Assembly: GCA_038106525.1 (NCBI GenBank)
Contig: JAYOEC010000004.1
Location: forward strand, 1 to 49,773
Direction: 5' to 3'
Origin: Minisyncoccota bacterium
GTDB taxonomy: Bacteria; Patescibacteriota; Minisyncoccia; Phycocordibacterales; Phycocordibacteraceae
Length of the DNA: 49,773 nt
Shown: positions 19,981 through 27,840 of the stretch, piece by piece
How positions within the stretch are numbered: position 1 is the first letter of the stretch
Layout of the letters: each line of letters starts with the position of its first letter
Translations under genes and position numbers: made by a program
The notes under the pieces: generated by a model
Seen by the model: only the letters and a program-made list of their open reading frames with translations
Databases searched by the model: none
Told to the model about the DNA's origin: nothing

Positions 19981-21207
19981 ATGTCAGACCCGTTCTTGCG
20001 GGCAATTGTGCATGTTGACGGAGACGCGTTCTTTGCCTCATGCGAGGTGGCAAGAAATCCGCGCCTGCACGGCAAACCAGTGGCGGTTGGCGGCGCGCGG
20101 GGCATTGTACTTGCGTTGACCTACGAGGCAAAGGCGCGTGGGATCGTACGCGGAATGCCAACACATGTGGCCCGGCAGATGGTCCCCGAGCTCGTGGTGC
20201 TGCCTGGCGAGTATGGTCTGTACAAGCTTTTTGCACAGAGGATGTATCGTATAGTCGAGCGGCATGCGCCAGTGGTCGAGCGGTATTCCATTGACGAGTG
20301 TTTTGCCGATGTCTCTCAATGTGCTGACGATCTCGAGGGCTATTGGCAGATGGCGAGCACCATTCAGAATGAACTGCATCGCGATCTCGGCATCTCTTTT
20401 TCCGTTGGGCTTGCACCCTCGAAGGTGCTTGCCAAGGTTGCATCCAAGTACCGAAAGCCGGGCGGATTGGTGCTCATTCCTCCGGACGGAATTAATGCGT
20501 TTCTTACTGGTGTGTCGGTGAGCAAAGTGTGGGGGATCGGTCCTCAGAGCGCCGCGCTTCTGAGGAATCGCGGCATCGAGCGCGCTGCACAGTTTGCGGC
20601 GCTTGGGGTTGGAGAGATTCGTGGATCGTATGCACGCCCACTTCGTGATATTTGGGCAGAACTCCGTGGGATTTCAGTATTTCAGGTTTCTAACCTCCAT
20701 ACAGTGCAACAGTCGCTTGCCGCGACGCGGACCTTCCGACCGCCAACCACAGACAAGAGCACGGTTCGTGCTGAGCTTGCTTTGAATGTTGAGGAGGCGT
20801 GCGCCCGCGCCCGCCAGCACGGCCTCTCCGCCGGGCGGGCACATTGCTTTTTAAAGTCACAAGATTTTCAGTACCTTCGGTTCGAAGTTTCTTTTGGCGC
20901 ACCGACCAACGCAACCAGCCGCATACTGGAGGTGGTCTTGGGTCGGTTTGATCAGTTATTTGCTCCAGGCATTAAGTATCGAGCAACAGGCATAACTCTT
21001 TCGGATCTAAAGGACCGATCATTTTCTCAAGCAGGGCTTTTTGGTCCTGATTTATATGAACAGAGACTCGAGGCTGTGTATGGTGTTGTCGATGCTCTCG
21101 GGAGGCGTTTTGGAGATGGAATCGTACATTGTGCTGCGGCGGCACCAGCCGCACACCAGCTGCGACCACGGATTTTTTCTCTCCCCATGCTTGGGGAGGT
21201 GTACTAG
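19981..21207 (+). CDS. Y-family DNA polymerase (DinB/UmuC-like)
   Basis: HVDGDAFFASCE, YEAKARG, YSIDE, LAKVAS..KP, VWGIG. Confidence 0.93.
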   Translation: MSDPFLRAIVHVDGDAFFASCEVARNPRLHGKPVAVGGARGIVLALTYEAKARGIVRGMPTHVARQMVPELVVLPGEYGLYKLFAQRMYRIVERHAPVVERYSIDECFADVSQCADDLEGYWQMASTIQNELHRDLGISFSVGLAPSKVLAKVASKYRKPGGLVLIPPDGINAFLTGVSVSKVWGIGPQSAALLRNRGIERAAQFAALGVGEIRGSYARPLRDIWAELRGISVFQVSNLHTVQQSLAATRTFRPPTTDKSTVRAELALNVEEACARARQHGLSAGRAHCFLKSQDFQYLRFEVSFGAPTNATSRILEVVLGRFDQLFAPGIKYRATGITLSDLKDRSFSQAGLFGPDLYEQRLEAVYGVVDALGRRFGDGIVHCAAAAPAAHQLRPRIFSLPMLGEVY

Positions 21208-21241
21208 ACAAAGTAGCATTAAGCATGGTATAATAAAACAT

Positions 21242-21517
21242 ATGGTAGAAGCGCTCAGTAAGGAAGATGAGAATTGTGTAGGGGAAATTGAAAAAGTCCT
21301 CAGATCTCATGCTACTGACCCTAAACTTTCTGACTCTCCTCAGTACTCAGAAATCCTTGATGCTGACCTCATGAAACTTCATACATTGTGGAAACAGCTT
21401 GGCTTTTATGCACGAAAGATTGCAGAAAAAAGAATAAGGTCGGCAAAGCTTTGGTCAGTCTTGCCTTTGGGTATTATTGCGAGGGGGGTTGAAACTCAAC
21501 CAGCGAACCAGCCATAA
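21242..21517 (+). CDS. hypothetical protein
   Basis: AT-rich ORF with TAGACA-18bp-TATAAT 7 nt before ATG; 3' end overlaps the convergent gene. Confidence 0.5.
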   Translation: MVEALSKEDENCVGEIEKVLRSHATDPKLSDSPQYSEILDADLMKLHTLWKQLGFYARKIAEKRIRSAKLWSVLPLGIIARGVETQPANQP

Positions 21518-22103
21518 TCTCCATCGGATCAGCGCGTCGTACTTGTCGCAGGTTTGCCGCCGGTGCCACTTGGTGGTGACGAGCGTTGTTGAGCTCGCGA
21601 TCAAGCCACCAGAGGTGCCGTCTGCTGGTTATCCAGTCGGTACCGAACCTTCGAAGGTCGAGAGCGTCTGAGTATGCACGGAGGGTCCGTATGCCGGTCC
21701 TCTCAGGGAACCACTCGTGGAAGTAGGAGAGTGCAAGCTCGCGCAGTGACCGGTATACCGGGTCGCGCCAGCGGATGGTGGCGTGGTTTGATTTTGATAT
21801 TGCGCCCCAATGTTTGTTGAATCGGTACAAGGCAACAACATGGTCATCATCTCCCCGCGCCGAGTGGAGGTCCATAATGAGCGGCCGCTCGCCATGGAAC
21901 CAAAGCGCCGCAGCGGCGAAGCAGGCTGCCTCGATGCAATGTGCTGTACCTTTCTGCACCACCATCCGAGGAGAGTAGTGGGTCTCTCCATGTTGCTCAA
22001 AGTTAATCGGCAGGGCATCAAGGTAGTCTTGTATCTTTTTTGGGGTGGAGAGCTTCTGCAGGAGCCGCACCTCATCCTTTGAGAGTCCATAGAGGGTATC
22101 CAC
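21474..22103 (-). CDS. transglutaminase/papain-like conserved protein
   Basis: AHCIEAA, DDDHVVA, WGAISKSN, LALSYFHE motifs. Confidence 0.75.
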   Translation of the reverse strand: MDTLYGLSKDEVRLLQKLSTPKKIQDYLDALPINFEQHGETHYSPRMVVQKGTAHCIEAACFAAAALWFHGERPLIMDLHSARGDDDHVVALYRFNKHWGAISKSNHATIRWRDPVYRSLRELALSYFHEWFPERTGIRTLRAYSDALDLRRFGTDWITSRRHLWWLDRELNNARHHQVAPAANLRQVRRADPMEIMAGSLVEFQPPSQ

Positions 22104-22200
22104 CCCTCCAGTCTAGCGCCTTTCCACCGTAGGGAATGCAGGCTATACTGTAAGGGTCGACGATTATTTAGACAGTAACTAATACAAACAGCATTTAGGT

Positions 22201-22458
22201 ATGGTACGAAAAGCAAATCCCGCGCTTTTGAAGCCGATGACATTGTCGGCAGACCTCGAAGCGGTGGTGGGCAAGGGTCCGATGACTCGTGGCGAAACGG
22301 TCAAAAAGATCTGGGAGTACATCAAAAAGCACGATCTTCAGAACCCGAAGAACAAGCGCAATATTATTGCGGACGACAAGCTTAAGAAGCTGTTCGGCGG
22401 TAAGGGCGAGGTGACGATGTTTGAGATGACGAAGCTCGTCTCGGCACACCTCTCGTAG
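22201..22458 (+). CDS. SWIB/MDM2 domain protein
   Basis: LS.DL..VVG, VKKIWEYIKKHDLQNPKNKRNIIADDKLKKLF. Confidence 0.93.
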   Translation: MVRKANPALLKPMTLSADLEAVVGKGPMTRGETVKKIWEYIKKHDLQNPKNKRNIIADDKLKKLFGGKGEVTMFEMTKLVSAHLS

Positions 22459-23125
22459 GTTGTGTGCCCTGAAAGGCGCTTACCTCTGCAGGGGTAAGCG
22501 CTTTTCTTTCACCTGGCTGGAGGCCGCTGAGCGTCACCGGACCGAATTTTGTGCGTTTCAGCGCGGTTACGGTATACCCAAGTTCGGAAAACATGACCCG
22601 GAGCTGGTGTCGCTTGCCCTCGCGCAGGATAACGCGGGCTGAGCGGGGGCCGGCAATATGAATCCGTGCCGGCAGCAATTGCCCGAGCGCGCTCGAGAGC
22701 ATCCCGCGCTCAAATACCAGAATAATATTTTTTTTGAGCGGTTCCTGGACGGTAATAAGGTACTCCTTTTCCATACGGTTATCACCGACACTAGCAGTGG
22801 TCGCTCTACCATCGTTGGTGAGGATGAGTAACCCTTCTGATTCCTTGTCCAGCCGTCCGATAGGGAAGAGGCCGCGTCCGCGCTCTTCGCGGATTACGCT
22901 CGGCTCCCCCGTCTCTCCCTGGGTGGCAAGACCGCGCGGCTTATAGTAGGCAAAGTAGCGGTAAACTTTATCATTACCTCGAACCTCTACAGTGTCACTA
23001 TCCTCAACTTGAAGACCAATCACGGCGCGCACCCCGTTCACAAACACCTTACCGGCTTTGATGAGTGCGTCAGCCTCGCGCCTCGATGCGTATCCGAGGT
23101 TTCTCAACCGTGTATTCAGTCGCAT
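22382..23125 (-). CDS. rRNA pseudouridine synthase (RsuA/RluB/RluF family)
   Basis: S4 domain SRREAD, YKPRG, GRLDKESEGLLILTNDG, EGKRHQLR. Confidence 0.93.
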   Translation of the reverse strand: MRLNTRLRNLGYASRREADALIKAGKVFVNGVRAVIGLQVEDSDTVEVRGNDKVYRYFAYYKPRGLATQGETGEPSVIREERGRGLFPIGRLDKESEGLLILTNDGRATTASVGDNRMEKEYLITVQEPLKKNIILVFERGMLSSALGQLLPARIHIAGPRSARVILREGKRHQLRVMFSELGYTVTALKRTKFGPVTLSGLQPGERKALTPAEVSAFQGTQPTRGVPRRASSSQTSSPRPYRRTAS

Positions 23126-23140
23126 AGGGGTAGTGTAGCA

Positions 23141-23500
23141 CTATGCGTACTCAGTACTTTTGATGCCACGGATATAGATGCCGAGCCTGGTGATGAGCAC
23201 GAACCCAGCCCCCCAGGCGATCGGAAGCCAGTAGGGGACGCCAAAAAATGACGCATCAGCCCATTCCTGCTGGTATCCGAGAAAACGGAATCCGACTTCG
23301 ATGAGGGTGCCGCACAGAATACCGATGAGGTAGAGGTAGCGCTCACCGATCCTCCGGTTCCACAAGAAAAGCAAGGACGAAACCCCAAGTGCGAACAGAG
23401 TGAGCGCAAGTTCGGACAAGGTTCCAACCGATTGAAAAAGAAAGAAGAGCGTCAACGCAGCCGCAGGCACCCAGAATTCGTTAATGATTGATTGGTACAC
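23141..23500 (-). CDS. small integral membrane protein
   Basis: 4 hydrophobic helices; GVPYWLPIAWG motif; start uncertain. Confidence 0.65.
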   Translation of the reverse strand: MYQSIINEFWVPAAALTLFFLFQSVGTLSELALTLFALGVSSLLFLWNRRIGERYLYLIGILCGTLIEVGFRFLGYQQEWADASFFGVPYWLPIAWGAGFVLITRLGIYIRGIKSTEYA

Positions 23501-23512
23501 AGCAGTGTGGCC

Positions 23513-23674
23513 TTAGGGCAGGGCAGGCGATAGAGGGCGCTGGATCTGGCTTGGTGCAGGATGTCGGGGTCCGCCTTCGGGGCGCAGTAAGATGAACGCA
23601 GCAAAAAAGATAAGAAAGAGACCAATGATAGTCCACAGGACTCGGAGGTACAGCGCACGGCGATTCTGATCCAT
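23513..23674 (-). CDS. small single-TM protein (53 aa; not in ORF track)
   Basis: MDQNRRALYLRVLWTIIGLFLIFFAAFILLRPEGGPRHPAPSQIQRPLSPALP; TGATATACT 6 nt before ATG; fills the gap exactly. Confidence 0.6.
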   Translation of the reverse strand: MDQNRRALYLRVLWTIIGLFLIFFAAFILLRPEGGPRHPAPSQIQRPLSPALP

Positions 23675-23686
23675 CTCTGCAGTATA

Positions 23687-24814
23687 TCAACGATGTTTTG
23701 TTTCCGAGAAATGAGCATAGATCGCTTTGGCAAGAGCTGATGACAGCACGGTCGGGACTGCGTTTCCGATCTGCAGGTTCCGCTCGCTGCGAGTGCCATA
23801 AAATTGATACCAATCAGGAAAGCATTGCAGTCGCGCGCCCTCGCGCGTGGTGAGGGCGCGCGGTGCCTTCGGGTGTATGCATCGTGAGGATGAAGGGGTC
23901 CCTAGGTTGCGGGTAATTGTGGTTGAAGGTCGGTTCCACCACAACCTGCAATAGGTATTCTTGAACCCCGAGGAGGGCCGAAACCTCTTTGGTAGGTCGT
24001 CGGGTGTTCCTCCGTCTGGCAGGAGCTGCATGAGGCGCACCAATTTCTGATTATGAGTAGGTGCATTGTGGTCCATTAATTTGCTTGGAGCTCCGGTGCG
24101 CATAAGCGACTGAAACTTGGTTCGTGGGGGTGTGGCGTATACGGTGCTCTCCTCACCAGACTGAATGAGGGGGAGGTCGCTCATGGCGTCAGCGATGGTG
24201 AGGTACGGTTGCAGATGTGCCTTCAATGGTCGTGCGGTGCGCATCGGATCGTAGTGTGTTGGGGCTGGGTATTTAAATTCATGTGCGAGCTTTGAGCCGG
24301 TAATAATGACTCGCTCGCGGATCTGTGGCGCTCCATAGTCAGCCGCATTGAGAAGCCTCGATTGTACACGATAGCCAAGAGATTCGAAGAGGGAAATAAT
24401 TTCTGCATGCAACTCACCGCCCTGCATAGATAACAACCCCTTTACATTCTCAAAAAGAAAAAATTTGGGCTTAAACTCCTTGAGCATTCGATAGTATTCA
24501 ACAAAGAGCTTGCCTCGGGGGTCGTCGATCATTCGTTTACCCACGGTCGAGTATGCCTGGCAGGGTGGGCTTCCAACAACAATGTCGACATTGTGGCCCA
24601 GTGTGCCAAGGTCACGCTCGACTCTCTGTGCACTAAAGTGTTTGATGTCTTCAACATACATCCGTATTGTCGGATGGTTTAGTAGGTAGGCAGCTGCCAT
24701 GCTCGGGAGTATCTCGTTTGCAGCAACAATTTCAAACGCCTTGTGGTTTGCAAAGCCGAAGCTGAGCCCCCCTGCGCCACAGAAGAGGTCAATAACTTTT
24801 AATTTTTTAGCCAT
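23687..24814 (-). CDS. DNA (cytosine-5) methyltransferase of a type II R-M system
   Basis: DLFCGAGG, PPCQ, FENV, QIRER, REGARLQ.FP, QIGNAVP; start reassigned to ATG24814. Confidence 0.95.
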   Translation of the reverse strand: MAKKLKVIDLFCGAGGLSFGFANHKAFEIVAANEILPSMAAAYLLNHPTIRMYVEDIKHFSAQRVERDLGTLGHNVDIVVGSPPCQAYSTVGKRMIDDPRGKLFVEYYRMLKEFKPKFFLFENVKGLLSMQGGELHAEIISLFESLGYRVQSRLLNAADYGAPQIRERVIITGSKLAHEFKYPAPTHYDPMRTARPLKAHLQPYLTIADAMSDLPLIQSGEESTVYATPPRTKFQSLMRTGAPSKLMDHNAPTHNQKLVRLMQLLPDGGTPDDLPKRFRPSSGFKNTYCRLWWNRPSTTITRNLGTPSSSRCIHPKAPRALTTREGARLQCFPDWYQFYGTRSERNLQIGNAVPTVLSSALAKAIYAHFSETKHR

Positions 24815-25610
24815 GGTTATTGGCGAGGTTGAGCGCGTAGTAGCGGGGTGGATCTTTCGCAATATCCCAGACAAAGTCTTTCTGTGGGATTTCAAACACA
24901 AGCTGCCCCTCCATTTGCTGCCGATGCACCCAATGTACGCCGGTTTCGCTCATGGTGTCTAGTCGGACAAACGCAGCTCGTCCGTTGTGTAGGTCGAAGT
25001 GGATGACCAAAGATTCGATGTGCTCTTTGCTGAATGCATGCTTTGCCTCGAGCACTTTGTGCCTTTTAATATCGTTCACACCAGTGAAGCCGGATTGTAC
25101 CTCAATGCGAAGCCTTTTCGCTCCGTCCAAATGTACCTCGAGGTCTGCCTTAGGTGTTTTTTTGAAAGTCTCCAGTTTGGTAAAGTCGTCGTCCCCGATA
25201 AATCGGATTTTTGCCTGATCTAGGTCAAAAATATGACCGACAGACGGTAAAAAGTATCTTGAGATAAGGTATCCTCGCATCCATGAAAAGTAGACCTGCT
25301 CGCGCCTCCTCCCAAGGTTATTAAGTGCCCCTACAATTCCATTTTTTTGCATCTGCTCGAACACACGATCAATATGCCGCTTCTTAAACGCTTCACTATC
25401 GCGGGGGCGTACCTTCGGAGTGACACTAGCATCGAGCCGGTCGACTATCTCACGAAGACGCATATTCAAATGATTGAGATACACAAGGTCGATGGCGGGA
25501 CTGATATCCTTGGCCCCAAAAAAGTCTTTGGCAGCCGATTTCGAGTTAAATCCTAATCTCTTACGGTAATGCTTCCCATGCTGAGCCAAAATAACTTGCT
25601 TTGGTGTCAT
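24807..25610 (-). CDS. probable type II restriction endonuclease (PD-(D/E)xK-like)
   Basis: overlaps the MTase start; KADL...IEVQSG...DIK nuclease-like motif. Confidence 0.75.
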   Translation of the reverse strand: MTPKQVILAQHGKHYRKRLGFNSKSAAKDFFGAKDISPAIDLVYLNHLNMRLREIVDRLDASVTPKVRPRDSEAFKKRHIDRVFEQMQKNGIVGALNNLGRRREQVYFSWMRGYLISRYFLPSVGHIFDLDQAKIRFIGDDDFTKLETFKKTPKADLEVHLDGAKRLRIEVQSGFTGVNDIKRHKVLEAKHAFSKEHIESLVIHFDLHNGRAAFVRLDTMSETGVHWVHRQQMEGQLVFEIPQKDFVWDIAKDPPRYYALNLANNHG

Positions 25611-25721
25611 AAAATCCTGCGGTCATTATAGCTGAGTAGGCCAGCAGGAGTTAGATGCCCGCTCTGGAGGCCACTTTAAGCCCCACATCTAAGGAGATCT
25701 CTTAATCCCTTCATTACCTGG

Positions 25722-26081
25722 CTAGTTGCCACTTGATCCTAACTTCCGCGGATCTATTCCCATTATCACTGTTCCAGAGCGCGGAGTGCCATTACATTCT
25801 GCTGGTGCTATGGTCACAAAATAATCAGAATCTACATCTATAATTTGATAAAGATTTCCTGATGTGTTCGGGTAACTGGCAATATGCCCAAGAATGGCGT
25901 TAAGTTTTCTATGTTCTTTATGGTCATCTGCGGTAAAGGTCACATATTTGCGATCAGCCACAAGCTTAAGTGCGGTACCCAAAAGTCCTGCCGCAACACT
26001 CTCAAAATGTGTTCTCTCGAGCGGGGTTGCCCTGCGACGGGGATGTGAAACCCAAGCATCCTTGAGCGATTCAGATGACAT
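25722..26081 (-). CDS. hypothetical protein
   Basis: AT-richer ORF between tRNA and R-M genes; TACGAT 6 nt before ATG26081. Confidence 0.5.
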   Translation of the reverse strand: MSSESLKDAWVSHPRRRATPLERTHFESVAAGLLGTALKLVADRKYVTFTADDHKEHRKLNAILGHIASYPNTSGNLYQIIDVDSDYFVTIAPAECNGTPRSGTVIMGIDPRKLGSSGN

Positions 26082-26254
26082 ATAGACATCGTAGTTTGTT
26101 ACAACCATAGAGTCAACACACATTGTTCGCATGCACTAAAGTAGGATTACCTTTTCTGATCTTTGTTATCTACACAAACAGCTTGCTCTCTCGCATCCGA
26201 TGCTGTCTCCCCAAATTCCTATTTCCATAATTGAAACTATATCAAAACCCTGGG

Positions 26255-26326
26255 CTCCGCGGGTAGGACTCGAACCTACAACCAACTCGTTAACAGCGAG
26301 CTGCTCTACCATTGAGCTACCGCGGA
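26255..26326 (-). tRNA. tRNA-Asn(GTT)
   Basis: reverse complement TCCGCGGTAGCTCAATGGTAGAGC..CTCGCT-GTT-AACGAG..GGTTCGAGTCC..CCGCGGAG cloverleaf. Confidence 0.96.
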
Positions 26327-26545
26327 ATATCTTCCTAATGGAAGGAACTGAAATTCCGCGGGAGCGTAGCTACTACCGGAGCTTCCGAGAGTCGCACAAA
26401 AGCTTGCTTTTGTATGACCGAGGAAGCGGCCGGGAGGAAGGCTGGTGTTAGCCAGACTTACCGCGGAATACGCCTGTAGTGTAGCTGATTTTTTTGTTAC
26501 TGCCAAGACTTTGACTCTGAAGTTCCTGGTGTCTATACTGACACA

Positions 26546-26803
26546 ATGTCTCACGAGCAATTGCGCCATAACGGCACGGTTCAGTGGGGAGGAAGGGAGT
26601 ATGATAGGCTTGACCTCCTCAATCTCGGATCAGGCTTCACTCAAAATGAGCTGAAGCGGAATCTTATAGTCATGGGTGTTGAAAAGGAGATTATATCTCT
26701 TAATGATATTTTGGGCCGCTACGGAATCACTCCTCCTCAGTTCGTGGAATGGAAGGAGAATTTTATTAAATTGTATGATAAATCTAACTCTGCAACAATA
26801 TGA
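26546..26803 (+). CDS. divergent DUF1153/SciP-like small HTH protein
   Basis: IVMGVEKEIISLNDILGRYGITPPQFVEW parallels the downstream gene; ATGA-coupled to it. Confidence 0.55.
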   Translation: MSHEQLRHNGTVQWGGREYDRLDLLNLGSGFTQNELKRNLIVMGVEKEIISLNDILGRYGITPPQFVEWKENFIKLYDKSNSATI

Positions 26804-27081
26804 ATGAAAAATTAAGCCCACTTAAACGCATCACCGGACCAAGAGGAGAGTTAATGGATGTGCATGATTTACCGAAGCCTACTTGTCGTCGCTGGACCCC
26901 ATATCGCAAGGCACAAATTGTTGTTGCAGTTGAAGGAGGACTCATAACTTTCGACGAGGCAGCAACGCGGTGGAACATATCAGCTGAGGAGTATGGAGCA
27001 TGGAAGCGTGATTATAAACGGAGCCTGATCGATGGTATGTGTGTCAGCCAGGTACAGATCAATCGTCGAGATGCGAAGTAG
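26800..27081 (+). CDS. DUF1153 / SciP-like protein
   Basis: GPRG..DLP...RRW...RKAQIVVAVEGGLITFDEA..RWNIS.EEY.AW matches the SciP pattern along its length. Confidence 0.85.
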   Translation: MNEKLSPLKRITGPRGELMDVHDLPKPTCRRWTPYRKAQIVVAVEGGLITFDEAATRWNISAEEYGAWKRDYKRSLIDGMCVSQVQINRRDAK

Positions 27082-27105
27082 TGTCCGCATGGTATGCTGA
27101 AGTAT

Positions 27106-27801
27106 ATGCATACCATTCGTATCGGTGTTTTGTGCACCCTCATCATCGTTCCGTCGTTTGCAGCGGCGGCGTCAGCAGACTATTACCTCAAACTCGACGG
27201 TGTTGAAGGAGAGAGTACCAAGAGCGCCGCATCATCGCGTGCGTCGGTTGCTGCGCCGACTACCACTGATCCAACTGGCGCATCAAGTGGTGGATACCTT
27301 AAGATCGAGGGCGTAGAAGGAGAGTCAAGTGCGAAGGGGGAAGTTGAAATGGAGCGGAAGGTTGAAAAAGGTGAGAGCAGTACACAGTCAGCGGGTGTTG
27401 AGCGAGAGGAGATAGGAGTCATGAGCGACGATCCTCAACCGCTTACCCCTGATTTCAGCATTTTGCTTGGCGGGGGCGATGATACCGAGGAAGATAAGGG
27501 GCACAAGGGTGAGATACTCCTCGAAAGTCTGCGCGAGGCCGATGCGGCGATTGAGAGCATCTCGTTACACTTTGACAAAATTACTGCAGGGGTCCGAAGC
27601 GAGTTGTTCCTGCTCGGCTTTATCCCGCTCAGTTCGCTTGCATCTGTCGAAGTTGATGCAAAGGGCGAGACCCTGGTTCGCTTTCCATGGTGGGCAGTGT
27701 TTGCCACTGGTAAGGATGGTGAGTCGCTCGGCGCACGGGTCGTAGAGGCTTTGATGTCAAAACACGACACCATCAAAAACGCGATACAGAATATTCGATA
27801 G
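27106..27801 (+). CDS. exported protein with Hcp-like motifs
   Basis: signal peptide ending AAASA, DYYLKLDGVEGES, YLKIEGVEGES, DKGHKGEI, ESISLHFDKI; GFIP...FPWW domain. Confidence 0.7.
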   Translation: MHTIRIGVLCTLIIVPSFAAAASADYYLKLDGVEGESTKSAASSRASVAAPTTTDPTGASSGGYLKIEGVEGESSAKGEVEMERKVEKGESSTQSAGVEREEIGVMSDDPQPLTPDFSILLGGGDDTEEDKGHKGEILLESLREADAAIESISLHFDKITAGVRSELFLLGFIPLSSLASVEVDAKGETLVRFPWWAVFATGKDGESLGARVVEALMSKHDTIKNAIQNIR

Positions 27802-27840
27802 GCGTTTGCTTTTTGTTAGTGTTTAATGTATAATAAAGCT

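Noticed and set aside
26200-26569. ORFs spanning the tRNA-Asn region
   Set aside because: They overlap a clear tRNA gene and have no protein-like features.
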